Part shown: positions 1 to 12,520 of the stretch, piece by piece
How the letters are laid out: the number at the start of each line of letters is the position of its first letter
Numbering within the stretch: the first letter of the stretch is position 1
NCBI RefSeq assembly: GCF_018350175.1
Contig: NC_058368.1
Span: 181,042,001-181,106,000, forward strand
Origin: Felis catus
Lineage: Eukaryota
DNA length: 64,000 bases
Direction of reading: 5' to 3'
The notes under the pieces: generated by a model
Seen by the model: only the letters and a program-made list of their open reading frames with translations
What the model was told of the DNA's origin: nothing
The model's database searches: none
Position numbers and translations under genes: made by a program

Positions 1-897
1 TCCAGAATTTTGTATTATAGATACAGTACTGGCTTGCCTCAGAAAGTTGAGTTCACCCAGCTCCCCGATACTAGTGCTTAGTGTCCATTTGGATCGGTAA
101 GACTTGCATGAAAGAGAATCTTCTATTTTACTTTTGCCCATTTCTCTAGAAGCCATTCAACTCATTTCATTAATTAAAAACATAAATAAAATACATTAAA
201 AAAAACAAAGAAGCAACTTTCTGAGCTCCTTGACCTTGGCTCATTCTGCATTCCATTGATCTCCCCACCCAAAGGCCACAATCTGGAAGTTATGTAAATA
301 TTAACAATAAAAGCCAATGAGTGAAACTGCTGTTAATTTCAACTGACATTAACCCATTGCTGATGAACACTCATATCTTAGTAATAAACTCTCAGATGAA
401 AGGCAAGGGAGTGATGTACATTTTACAGACATGGCACAAAAATGAGAAACGGGTGGTACTCAAGGAGATGAAAGCTGAAGTCGACAGACTACCAGATTGC
501 TGGAAAAGACATGAATGTTAAAGAGATACCTAGGGATCCTTCAAAATAGTTTTCCAGTCAGCATCCACCCTCAAGTGACTTGTTCTCAAACCTTCCTGAC
601 AGGGGTCACAAAGGACCCCTCCATATCCCTGTATTCCCAGGCTGGTTTGGCATGAATGGGAGACGATATTCCTCATGGCCTGGAACACTTCTAGCACACA
701 CTGGCAGCTGCCTGCAGTGTGTACTGCTGCTGGAAGGATTCTACCATCCGTCCCAGCTCAACTTCCTTTTGTGTTATGACAGCAAGCACAGGGTGCCTCA
801 TCTTTGGACTTCCACTGTCCTTCTTAAAAGTCCCATTTGCAACATGTAACTTCACGAAACTCAGTAACTTCAGAGGGCATTAGAAAATTTAAAAATT

Positions 898-1120
898 GGG
901 GCTCCTGGGTGGCTCAGTCAGTTAAGCATCCGACTTTGGCTCAGGTCATGATCTTGCGCTTCGTGAGTTCGAGCCCCGCCTTGGGCTCTGTGCTGACAGC
1001 TCAGAGCCTGGAGCCTGCTTCAGATCCTGTGTCTTCCTCTATCTCTCTGCCTCTCCCCTGCTCATGCTCTGTCACTTTCTGCCTCAAAAATAAATAAAAC
1101 ATCAAAAAAATTAAAAAAAA
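898..1120 (+). mobile_element. Can-SINE (SINEC_Fc2-like), full length
   Basis: GGGGCTCCTGGGTGGCTCAG head, GAGTTCGAGCCCC B-box, CT-rich tract, AATAAA and A tail; TSD gaaaatttaaaaatt / gaaaattaaaaaatt. Confidence 0.95.
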
Positions 1121-1679
1121 GAAAATTAAAAAATTCTCCAATAATGGAAGCATTCTAAAATAACGGAGTCCCCAACCTGAAATGGATCCCTTACGTGTCA
1201 CCAACAAATACTAGAATGTGGCAGCAATATATTCTGTATTTAGCAGCTTGCATGACATATATAAAATGAGAACTGAAAAAGGCAAGTTTTGATTTTTCTA
1301 CTGTTCTTATTTTGCTACTTTGACGTTTTTTTCTCTGCCATTTTGACCCCATCATTTATTCTGGATAAATGGGTTCTATATGGAAAGGTATAGGAAATTG
1401 ATTGAGAAATTAAGTTGGCTTAATTGTATTGTCCTTGGAAGTATTTTCAATTAAGTATTCACTAATTTTGGTACAATTCTGTTGATTTCTATGTTCATGA
1501 CCATAAAGTCAAAACATCCTAGGGGTCAAAACACTGAAAATGATGTTTTAATTCTATTGCTTTAAATCTTTCAATGGCTCATTTTGGAATAAATGGATTG
1601 TGATGGCCTCTTTTAGCCCCTTCCCCATTTGAGTCTCTACATGTAGCCCGTATTACCCATCTCCAGAGGCAGACTTCTT

Positions 1680-1710
1680 GAAATATCCTCAAAGAAATAT
1701 CCTCAAAGAA
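1680..1710. repeat. 14-bp tandem duplication
   Basis: (gaaatatcctcaaa)x2 + gaa. Confidence 0.9.
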
Positions 1711-2004
1711 GATGTATAACGTGGTCCCCACCTTATACATACACACACACACACATATACACACACACTTTTCTCTCTACTTGGACATATCATCCCAGCT
1801 ATGTTAAACACCTCTTTTCTTTGTCTTACGATAGAGTTTAAACTCTATCTCTTGGGTCCATACTGCCAAGCCAGATATGTTTCTGCTATCATTTCCTTAG
1901 CCTCCCCTACCCTCTCCCACCACCGCCGCCCTCCCCACTCACTATCCATCCATTACTATCCATCTATTTCTGTACAGATTTTCTGTAATATTAACTTTCC
2001 TGCC

Positions 2005-2213
2005 TTTTTTTTTTATAAATGTTTATTCATTTTTGAGACAGAGAGTGCATGAGTGGGGCAGGGACAAAGAGAGAGATGTCAGATGATCAAAACTGGTCTC
2101 TGTACGGATAGCAGTGGCCCAATGAGGGGCTCAAACTCACAAACCATGAAATCATGACCTGAAATGAAATTGGATGCTCAACCAACTGAGCCACTGAGCC
2201 ACCCAGGTGTCCC
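2005..2213 (-). mobile_element. Can-SINE, older diverged copy
   Basis: T tail, tttatt, ...ctgagccacccaggtgtccc (reverse complement of head); imperfect TSD aactttcctgcct / aaatttcctgtct. Confidence 0.9.
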
Positions 2214-3001
2214 AAATTTCCTGTCTAAGATCATGAGATCTTTAAGTTCTGGGGCTATGTTGGCATCTTTAGAGCCTATCACTGCATCATCACAATTAGT
2301 ATTAAGTACTCAAAGGTCTATTAAAAACAGAGTATGGTGTTTACAGATCATGAGCAAGGGTAGAAAGTTTATAATTATATACATCACTACTCCAGGTCTT
2401 TTTGAGCTAACATTTGGAAGGCCCACTTATGTTATATTCCCCAGCTCACCCATCTTGGGGGTGAATGCTACAATAGAGGGCTGTGGAGGTGGCCCCATGG
2501 CTCTGGGGCAGCATCGGGTGAGAGCAGAAGATAGAAGACTAGGAAAATATTCCAAGAATCTTACAGGATTTGAACTGCCAGAAGTTTCCTCTGTCTGGCT
2601 AGTAAATCTTAGTAAGTTTATTCACCTGGTCTCATTTTATCACAAAAGCCAGCTCCTCTTACTGGTCTATTTTTTAGGGGCCTGCACTGCAGTGGCTTGT
2701 TGGGCTGTATACAGATAGCTCTCAGAACCCTGCGCTCACAGGCCTGGGAAGCCCAAGTCTCCCCAAAACAAGAAAGGTAGAATTCAAGGGCTTGGGCAAC
2801 CCAGCCAGGTAATCATTTTCTTGTTGTTTCCAGTCTGTTCCACTGATTTAGCAGAGATGAGACCCAGAGATGCCCTTTCTCAATTTCTGAAACAAAAGCC
2901 AAACAGGGAAGAGATAAGATCTATGAAGAGTAATGAAGCCACTCCCTAATCCATTATACTTCATGCCCAGTGAAGAAATCACTTTAATAAACTCTCTCCT
3001 T

Positions 3002-3220
3002 GGAATGCCTGTGTGGCTCAGTCAGTTGAGTGTCTGACTCTTGATTTGGGCTCAGGTCATGATCTCACAGTTTGGGAGATTGAGCCCTGCATTGGGCTCT
3101 GTGATGACAGCACGGAGCCTGCTTGGGATTCTCCTTCCCTCTCTCTCACTAGTGCACATGCGTGCTTTCTCTTGCTCTCTCTCTCTCACTCTCCCTCAAA
3201 ATAAATACACATTAAAAAAG
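3002..3220 (+). mobile_element. Can-SINE, older copy
   Basis: tgcctgtgtggctcagtcagttgagtgtctgactcttgatttgggctcaggtcatgatctc...CT tract, aaaataaa, A tail. Confidence 0.9.
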
Positions 3221-3765
3221 AAAAGAATCCTTTTAGTTCTACATTCCTGTTTCCTTGAAAAAAAAAATCTCTGCAGTCTAATGCAAACTGGAGCACTAGA
3301 AAGTGCTGGAACATAAAAACCAAGATCCCTCACAAGGAAGTTATAGCCAAAGAGGGTTAGAAAACACATAGAAATCCCTCCATGTGATTACAGCCCAGTT
3401 TTAGGTGAGAAGTCTGTATGCAGCTCTCAATTCCATGTCCCTCACTTATTACAACATGGACAGCCAAAGTCAGAAGACAAGGCCAAGGTGACCCTTGTTT
3501 TTTGAGGGTTAAGCCTCAATGATTTGATGTTTCTTCTATTCAGGCAGGTTATGAAAACTTCCATATCTGGTACATAGGGACTGGTCAATGCTCTTGCAAA
3601 AAGATAAATACAGGCCTTGTCAGGAGAAATTTCATATTCTTAACAATGGTGAACTATACAATAATCTCAAGAGTCTCAATACTGGGGAGAATAGGAATTG
3701 AAAAAATGGGAGCAAAGGAAAAATTTAAGGTGGGAAAGGGAGGGAAAGGGTATCCAATCTAGGAT

Positions 3766-4075
3766 TGTATATGTGGATATGTGTGTGTATATGTGTGTCC
3801 CTATGCATGCATTTGCATGTATGTGACAATGCATATGCATATGTATGTGTGCACATACATACCATGCATGTGTGTATACATGGTATGCCCGCAGGTATGT
3901 TTAAGTGTTTATGTATATTGTACATACACACACATGTGCAATGGTTCATAGGCATATATGTGCATACATGCATATGTGTGCCTGTGGGTACATGTATATG
4001 CATGCATATTTGCATGTGGGTATGTTCATGTGTGCCTGTGCTTCTGCATATATGCATATGTGTGAGCCTGTGTGT
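3766..4075. repeat. Degenerate alternating purine/pyrimidine (TG/CA/TA) low-complexity tract
   Basis: ~300 bp of tgtg/atgc/atat units; explains the overlapping H/M/C/V-rich ORFs. Confidence 0.9.
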
Positions 4076-5263
4076 TTGGTACATGAGATCAGTACCCTAT
4101 GTCCACATTGGTAAAATAATTCATCAGGAAGATAGTACAAGCCAAATGAAATAGGAAGCTACAACTACAACGGTCTCAAGCAGCTTTGGCATAAGAAACC
4201 CTAAAAAAGTATTAGGCACTGAGAGTAAAAAGTAGCTTCCTGAAGTCTATGCTGTTGATTTGGCACCTCTTACCAGCATTTTACATTTTAGAAGAAAGGA
4301 AAAATAATCTTTCTAGGAGGATGGAAAACATGGCAGAGGCTTGAGGAAGTCAGGACTTTGTAACATAGACAAGGAGTGGGTATATTAGCTGAAAAATCAC
4401 ACACTATTGTATTCTTTTCAAAATGCTATTAAAATACATCCATAGACATACATAAGTGCGTGCATACACATAGCAGCACCAACTGTGAGACTGTGAGGCA
4501 GGAATACACTGTGTCCTGACTGTGTCTTAGGCTTGATTTGTACAACCAGATGCGTCAACATGCAAACACTAAAATCTAGAGCTAGAGTGACTTTATCATT
4601 TAATAAGAGAAACATGTACACACTAACACATATGGGTATTTGCTGAAAGAAATATTCCATCATTTTAGAGCAAGTTAATTGTCTTTTCCACTAAACTCCT
4701 ATTGGGGTACAAACACTGAAAAATGTGTTCTCATTTGCTCATGTCTAGAGTCATGTTTTATTCCATATTAAAAAAAAAAGCCTCCTCAGTTACAGGCTTT
4801 TCTTCCCTTGTGGTGTTTCAATCTTTACTGAAGCTAAGTTTATGTAACTGATTAAAACTACTGAGCAAAGACATCAAAAAACCAATTCCTAACCTAAGAC
4901 AGAAACAGGCATCATGCATCTCAAATACTTCTTTATAAAACAAAAAATAAAGAGGGCACTATGACCTGAATAGAAATTTTCTCAACTGACCAAGTTAGAC
5001 TTAGCTACAAGTGCTAAAGAGGAGCTTAATGCTAAGGTCAAACTTACTAGCTTGTCTTACTTATAGGATGCACTTTGTTCTCACATTTTCATATTCACAT
5101 TTATGAAACTGGAATTAAATTTGCATTCATGTGTTTATTACCCCCCCGACCCCTTATTAAAAAATACCCTAACAATTACTGGAATCTCAAGATTTGTTAG
5201 TATAATATCTCATCTAGTAAAAGACACAGTTTGAGATATTAATGAGGTTTACCTTTTTATGTT

Positions 5264-5481
5264 GTTCTTTTTTTTTTTCCAACGTTTATTTTTTTGGGGA
5301 CAGAGAGAGACAGAGCATGAATGGGGGAGGGGCAGAGAGAGAGGGAGACACAGAATCAGAAACAGGCTCCAGGCTCTGAGCCATCAGCCCAGAGCCCGAC
5401 GCGGGGCTCGAACTCACGGACCGTGAGATCGTGACCTGGCTGAAGTCGGACGCTTAACCGACTGCGCCACCCAGGCGCCCC
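5264..5481 (-). mobile_element. Young felid SINE (SINEC_Fc)
   Basis: CpG-rich ...gtcggacgcttaaccgactgcgccacccaggcgcccc; TSD tacctttttatgtt / tacctttttctgtt. Confidence 0.97.
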
Positions 5482-6509
5482 TACCTTTTTCTGTTTATAA
5501 CTTACTTTCTATCCAGTAATTCACTAGCCAAAGGATAGAAATGGAAGTAAAGCATCATTTAGGAGCTACTTAAAATCTTGCTGATTGGAGCTTCACCTAC
5601 TTTATCCTGACCTTCTCTGTGGGTGAGGAAATCTGGCCTCTCTTGCCTTTTATTGCAGGATGGTGAAAGCTGTATTTATAAAAAAAAAATACTTTTATAG
5701 AGATAGGAATTTTAAAGTAACTGATTTTGAACCATGCACAAGTTTTAAATAATGCACTGAAAATAATTTGCACACAATTGATATAACAAAGCTCGGTAGT
5801 GGCAAGATAAGAAACCAGCTTTTTCTGAAATCTCAGTGGAAAGACAATAATGGAAATGATAGAAAGGCAGGAGGTGGTGGGATCAACAAACTTGAGAGAC
5901 TTCAACTTGCATGACCTTGATATCCAAAGTCAGTGGCAAAGTCATCATGCAAAGAGCAAGTGGCTGGTAATGGTGTAAGGAGATGGGCTCAGTGCAAAAC
6001 AAGAGGAAAACGTGACAGGAAAAGAGGGGCAAGAGTGAGTGAAACACTAGGCACAGCTGATTTTTATAGGCATCACTGCATGGTTTTCAGCAGCTGGCAC
6101 AGCATAAATGGACAACTGGTTTAATGCCCAGAAAATAGCTGACAAGGTAGGTACGGTGAAAGGTCAGGGGACAAAATAACTAAAGCGCATAGCTGGAAAT
6201 ACTGGTCAAGAGGTCCACACAAGAAGGATGGAAAGAGTGAATACCACAGAATGTCTAGAGAGAGTTATATTGAAAAAGGACTGGGTTTTATGTGATCCAT
6301 CAGTTGGAATGAATGTGAAAGACCCTTTTCAAATATGGAAAATACTACATCCTTCTGTATCCACTATCCTAGACACTACCCCGGCCCAAAATGCAGTTGT
6401 TAACCTTAGTACATTCTCTTCCAGCTCAGAACCTATCCACTGTCTACTCTAATTCTACATCCTCGATTTTTCTTAACTGTATCCCCTCTTCTTCATAGCT
6501 ATTGCCATT

Positions 6510-6730
6510 GGCATAGTGGTTAACATTACTGAAGTCTGTCAGAGGAACTTACATTTTAACTTTTTTTTTTTTTTGGCCACTTATTGGCTAAGAGACCTTT
6601 GGTGAGATAATTCATCCCTCACCTTCAGCTTTTCCATCTGTAATACCTGCTCTTTTGAGCACGTGAATAAGATGATCCAAGTAATGTACCTAGCACTGTG
6701 CATGGCACCCAACAAATGTTAACTATTTCA
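6510..6730 (+). mobile_element. MIR
   Basis: gcatagtggttaa...ccttcagctttccatctgtaa...agcactgtgcatggcac...aaatgtt matches MIR core and tail. Confidence 0.7.
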
Positions 6731-6779
6731 TAAATAGTTGGTAGCTATACTATTATTACTTCAGTTTTAGTTTACATCT

Positions 6780-7020
6780 CCATCTTTCCACTAGTGTACT
6801 GCAAAAGTTCGTTAACTCGTCTTCCTGCCTCCTGGATGGACTTCCTCTCAAATCCATTTACCATGTGTTTCCAGGTGATGTCTATAAAACACAGGTTTTT
6901 GTCACTTTTCTGTTTAAGAATCTTGTGATGGTTTCCTAATGTCCTTAGGTTAGAATTTGGATTAACCGTGCCAATAAGGTTATTTAAAATCTGTCCTTTG
7001 TTCCTTCCCTACAACCTTTC
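6780..7020 (+). mobile_element. L2 fragment
   Basis: ctctcaaatccattt...atgtctataaaacacagg...gtcacttttctgtttaagaa...gatggtttcc typical of L2. Confidence 0.55.
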
Positions 7021-7239
7021 TTACTCTTTATGCTGTTACCAGTTTGGGGTGTGTGTGTACGTATGTATTTATATGTATACACACACCCATACATAAGGTC
7101 TCTTGAATTTCAGGTTCAAAACAGGAAGTTATAATGTTTCACTTCTTTCTCTCCTTTCATCTATCTGTATGTCAGTCCACCATTCAATTCTACCACTGAA
7201 GCAAACCCTTTGGGGGTTGTGCCTGATTCAGAAAGACTC

Positions 7240-7600
7240 CCCTTAACTTACCCATGGGTGTGGGATGCCAGAGACTTCACCACCTAACTTGGCATTCTTT
7301 GTTCCAGATTATTGGACCAGATGTGGACACTTGACCAAGCTGGATCAAGCAGAATCTTTTTCCTTTCCCTCTCTTACTCAATTGTTCTATTACCTTGAAC
7401 TATTTCTAAAATAGGTTTTGAGAGCCACTTTCTCAAAGATGTAAAATTTCAGGGTGTCAGCAGTGCTATTCTGCCATGTAAACTGAATGAAGGAAAATGG
7501 GTGTTACAACGGTAAAGATATGCAGAGACAAAGAAGATGTCCTAAAACTCATTTTTGCATTCATTCTAGCTCCCTTTTGCACGAACAAGCAAGTTTGTGC
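7240..7600 (+). mobile_element. Old ERVL-class solo LTR (LTR33-like)
   Basis: gattattggaccagatgtggacacttgaccaagctggatcaagcaga motif; heavily diverged. Confidence 0.45.
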
Positions 7601-8239
7601 CTGACCTGGACGTACTGGAGGGAGTGCATGAAATGAAATTCATATGAAATACAAAGGATTATACTTAGAAAAGGAAAAAAAATAATTTTTGTAAAACCAA
7701 AGTAGAAAAGTGCTGGAGAGAAAATGAGAGAAGACCAAACCACCTGGGAAACAGGAGCTCACACAGGCAACCCACATTGTAGGAAATGGGAAGTACAAAG
7801 CAGGAAACTGACTTGGTGAAAGACATGTGGGACTGGAGTAGGAGGAGACAAATGTCCACCTTCTGCTCACCCCCATGGTCTCCTCCAGAGCTCAGGTTCA
7901 GTTTTGGGGTGCACTGGATTCAAATTCCGATGTGTTCACCTTTAGAGAGGACTATACTTGAGAGACCTCTTGAAGCACAGACCTGACTCATGAAGGGAGG
8001 GCCTCAGTTCTCAATGTGCACATTTAATGAAAGACTAAGAATACTTGGGGGACGTTTCTTAGGAGATGGAAAAATATGGAATTTGTTTGAGAAGAGAATG
8101 GTCTTTTGCTTTCTTGTATCTTCATCTGTACTTTCATTGTGCTTTGCACTTTACTAAAACGCTGTGAGAAAGAATATTAGTCAATGTTGGCAAATGACCC
8201 CAATTATGTGGCACTGCACCAGTTTTATTTCTTGTTCAT

Positions 8240-8602
8240 TGCAGGACAGTACACATGGGCAGGAAAAAGGGGGAGTGGGCCGGAAGGAAGCCTCTGACCC
8301 ATGTAGCCACTCAGGGACTCAGGCCCCTTCTTGTGGCGGCAAGGCTCTTCTAGGTCCTCCGACCCAGGTCCTCTCCATTCCTTCGGCCAGTGCCCAGAGA
8401 AATACAAAAGAGGATTGCATGTACAAGGATTTATTTTCCATGTCTGGAAATGGTGAGTGCTATTTCCTCCCACACATTCCATCATCAAGAACTCACACAC
8501 ACAACTATACCTAACCTCAACAGAGGCTGAAATTCAACTTCAGTTGTCTGCTCAAGAGGAAAAGGGATAATGGATTCATGAACAATTAGTGAATTTTTGC
8601 CA
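8240..8602 (-). mobile_element. MaLR solo LTR (MLT1-family)
   Basis: agccactcagggactcagg...cctaacctcaacagaggctgaaa...ctcaagaggaaaagggataatggattcatgaacaattag resembles MLT1 reverse strand. Confidence 0.55.
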
Positions 8603-11075
8603 CTTCTATTGTACCATTTCACCCTTGCAATGACCACTCAAAATTAAAGGTGCAAATGCTATTGTTCTGATAACATAGTATATACATGTATGATAAGTAG
8701 GTATATGAAACACATCCCCATTTTCCCCACCTCATGGTAGAAAGTACTCTTTAATTGTGACTTTTTGTTTTACTGAGCCTATATACAAGGATACGAACTT
8801 TCTGACTATATCTTAGGCAGCCACTAACCATCAGTAGGAATCTAGTTTTCTTTCCAACCCTACACTATGATTAAAATTTACCCAAGACAGCAAGAAAGTC
8901 CTGTTCATATTCAGTGATCAGAGAAATGGTTGGACCAGAAAACTGTCAGTATCACCCTTTTGCATTTGGTTAAATTGTAGCTTCTATTTTACCTTTACAT
9001 AAGTCTCTGAACACCCTTTCCCTACGTGCTGGGGACTACCTACAAATCAGAACTACTTCAAGACCTATAAAGGCTATGGTGGTTTAGAGTCCTCAGGAGC
9101 AATAAAGTGTTTTGTTACCTGTATACATTTTCAGTCCGGTTTGGACCTCCACACCAAAGCCTAATGGAATACAGCAGTTTAAATGCCCAAGACTCCAGGC
9201 AGGGTTCAAATACTAGGTTCTAGTATTTCTCAAGGTTTATCCTGTACAAGTCATGCTATTACTTGTGGTGTGTTTTTAATAACACCTCTATGTGTTATGA
9301 GTCTAAAACATCGCTAAGCATAGAGCAGAGGACGCAACTGTGTACTACCATGAACAGCATGAATTAACCCTAACTTAGTGTTAGAAGAAGCCATCCTTCC
9401 CCTTCCCACCACAACCAATAAGTACAAAGCTTTGCTGTTTATTCCCTTTTAGTTTCAAATTCAGAAATAAATTACAGTGGTAGATAAATGGTAGGAAGAA
9501 TCTTAGGGGTAGACTCCAAGGTAATCAAATAAATAACATATTCTGAAGTTCCATCCAGAATAACTAGTAGGAAGAAAATGAAATATGAACACAGATTTCC
9601 ATCAATTATTCTACATTTGAAAAATTAGTTTCATGAGTTGAGGTATTATTTTTCTGTTTCATTCAAATATGTGTTCATCCATTAGCTGGTTTTATATCAG
9701 CATTAGATGATCACCTAGTTTGATCATCACGCACCCAACAGCAACAAGGTAACCACAACTGAAAGAGTTATTACAAGAACAGCAATAATATTTACCATTA
9801 AGAAATAATTTCCAGTCTTCTAGCATTTTTCACATTCCAATACACCAAGATCACAGAGGTAGTCAGCATTGTAAGGGGTTTTCTTCATCAGGTGCTTCCG
9901 CAAACTCAAAGTAATATCAAGTTTCTTGACAGTGACTTTTGCCAACTTCAAGTTATTCCAACTCCGATCAATGCACATTACAGAATTGACTTGAAAACAA
10001 TACACCCGAGTTCCTCTACCTCCATTCCAGATTCTACCAGATCTAACACATGCCCTCTTCTCCTACCTGAGGTGCCACTTCTTGGCATCCTAGGAAGAAG
10101 GCTCAGAAGACATCACATTTCAATATTAGGAATTCTAGCTCAGAAGCACTGTACAAAAATTTTTAAATACACAAATCAGGCTGATTCTTTCAACTCTAAC
10201 ACAGCAGCAAGAAGCAAAACCAGCTAACTCATACAACGTTACTGTAATTCAAAGTCCCTCTATGAGGTTTTATTCAAAGCCCCCTTTCTCCATTTTTCTG
10301 GCCTGCACATCCCTCTTCCATTGTGGCCCCTTCCCTTTTTGTCATTGCTGTTTCCATACCCAATATTGGTATTATATCTTCTGTTTGAACATATTTTACA
10401 TTCATAATTATAGTGAGGGGTGAAGGTGGAATATTCTTCTATGAGAGGCATTTACTTTTCCCCAAGTAATGACTTCACTCCAAGTAGTAAGTTTTGTATT
10501 ATGGGCCTTACATTAAATGATGTATGAGGGATGGCTCCTCTTGGGGAAGATGTCCTGCGATTATAGCCCTCCAAAAAGTAAAATTGTTCAAGTAAACACA
10601 AAGTTGGGTAAGGTTGTATCCAGAGAAATTATCTGTAGCTGCAAATAGGTGTCATTGGTCAAGACAGGGGCCCAGAGTGCAGAGGAGACTGAAAAGATGA
10701 GGGCCATGCCCCCTGCAAGGTTGGTTCCACAGACGAATTATATCACAAAGTTCTCTAAGTAACCAAACTCAGAACTGTCTGCAGGTAGTTTTTTACCTTC
10801 AAGGAAGGACTTCTCTTAGTTGTTTCACTCCATGTCCTGCTCTTTCCCTCTTTCTCTTATGGCTAAGAGAAAGGACTGGAAAGAGAGACATCAACCAAAG
10901 TAACAACAAAAAGCAAAACAAGTTTTTGCCCTTGTTTACTCTCCCCTAGTAGCCTAAAAGAAAACTCTGTGCTCCATCCTACAATGACCTAAGCTATTGA
11001 CACACTTTCCTAAAGTAAGTCAATGAGCCTATAGACCAACTCACTGAAGTATTTGTTGGGTTCTAATAGAGATAC

Positions 11076-11137
11076 CTTGGGGTTTTGGGGGTAGATTCCC
11101 ATGATTCATTGCTTACGTACAACACCCAGTGCTCATC
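11076..11137 (-). mobile_element. ~60-bp carnivore L1 3'UTR fragment
   Basis: acaacacccagtgctcatc is identical to the L1 stubs at 22430 and 63090; preceded by gtagattcccatgattcattgcttac. Confidence 0.75.
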
Positions 11138-12269
11138 TGGGGGAAAAAATGACAACTTTTCTAAATGATATAAAGTAATCTTTCTTGAATAAAATAAATT
11201 GTACCCAATTCACCTGTTGCTTAATTAACGATTTAATGTGTTCTTTTTAAAGCTGTATACAATTTACTGGGTCACCTAGCATATATTATACATGGCTTTG
11301 GATTGGAAGTTTCTCAACTATTTGTAGACAAGGCAAGGCATGGTATGAAACTATGACAAAGCAGGCTGGAAGGGCTGCTATGTGCATGTGGTTGTGTATG
11401 TATGTTCATGCATGAGTGCAAGAGAAAGAGCAAGACAGGCATAGAGCTAAAGCTGGAGTGAGCAAGAAAGCACAAATAAAGACACTTGAAGAAAACAAGA
11501 GCAGCAGTTCTTGGAAAAACATTTACGATTTAAAGGACTCACATTGTGGCAAAAACAGCCCTTTCTTCATTAAAACAAAGTGAAATTCAATGAGAGACAT
11601 GGCCCCATAGAGCGAAGCAAGGCCCAAGCCAGAACATCAATGTATAAACAAGTGTGTTGGTAAGGTGGAGATGTCCTGGGACCATAGAGAGAAGACCTGG
11701 AAGGAATGAGAAGGCACAGCTTCCCCAAGGAAAGACGTGATACTCAAACCCAAGCCATTCTTTCTTTCATTACCTTGTGTATGCGATTTAGTCACCCACA
11801 TGTGGAAGACCAAATGCTATTTCATTCGTGTGAGTGAATGGGCAAGAGTTAACAAGATTTGCTCATTAAATAGTCCAATCAGCATGCTGTATCAGTTACT
11901 ATAGGTGTATCAAACCTTCCTTTGCCATTTCAGGGTGGTTCCTCTTCTGCATTAAAAAGATGTCAGTAACTCTCCCCCACATCTCTCCGAAGGCAGGGAA
12001 CATACTTTATAGTTTTCTCTAACTGTTGCAATGTTCAAAATGGTGTGAAAATTTCTTAAATAAGCCAGTTCCTTTGATTAAATCAGGATATACCTCTAGT
12101 TGCTAAATCAAGTATTCTCTAAAAAGGGACTTGTAGGTAATAACATTTAAAGAAGTATTTATTTTTAGTACAGTTCAAGTTTATTACACAATTCATTAAA
12201 ATAAGACAATATTTATACAGTGAGGCAGGCAGATCCTTTCCCAGTGCAAAGCAGAAAATACTACAGTGC

Positions 12270-12520
12270 GGTAATAATGAAAGCTACAATTAAGTGTCCT
12301 ACTAACTAGGATGCAGGCACTTTGCCAAACACTTTATTACACATCAATTCAGTGAACCCTTATGACAATGAATGAGGTGAAGACTCTCTGATCCTTTCTT
12401 TTCCAAAGGAGGACACACAGCCAGAGCTTAAGTGACTCGCCCAAGATCTCACAGGTGCTTCATGACAAACAAAGCCAAAGTTGGCCTGATTCCAAAGCCA
12501 ATGGTTTCAAACATTATTTG
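12270..12520 (-). mobile_element. MIR
   Basis: caggcactttgccaaacacttt...gagcttaagtgactcgcccaagatctcacag...cctgattccaaagcc. Confidence 0.75.

Noticed and set aside
2164..2718. Longest ORF (184 aa)
   Set aside because: Starts inside an antisense SINE and runs through decayed repeat-like sequence; no recognisable domain.
3725..4154. Overlapping His/Cys/Met-rich ORFs resembling metal-binding proteins
   Set aside because: Artefact of the RY low-complexity tract, open on both strands.
9820..10089. 61-aa minus ORF and a 23-nt exon-like unit (10067-10089)
   Set aside because: No recognisable homology; donor gtagga is moderate; within chance expectation.
10797..10862. Minus-strand exon-like unit with strong acceptor
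   Set aside because: Stops in all three frames and weak donor (gtaaaa).
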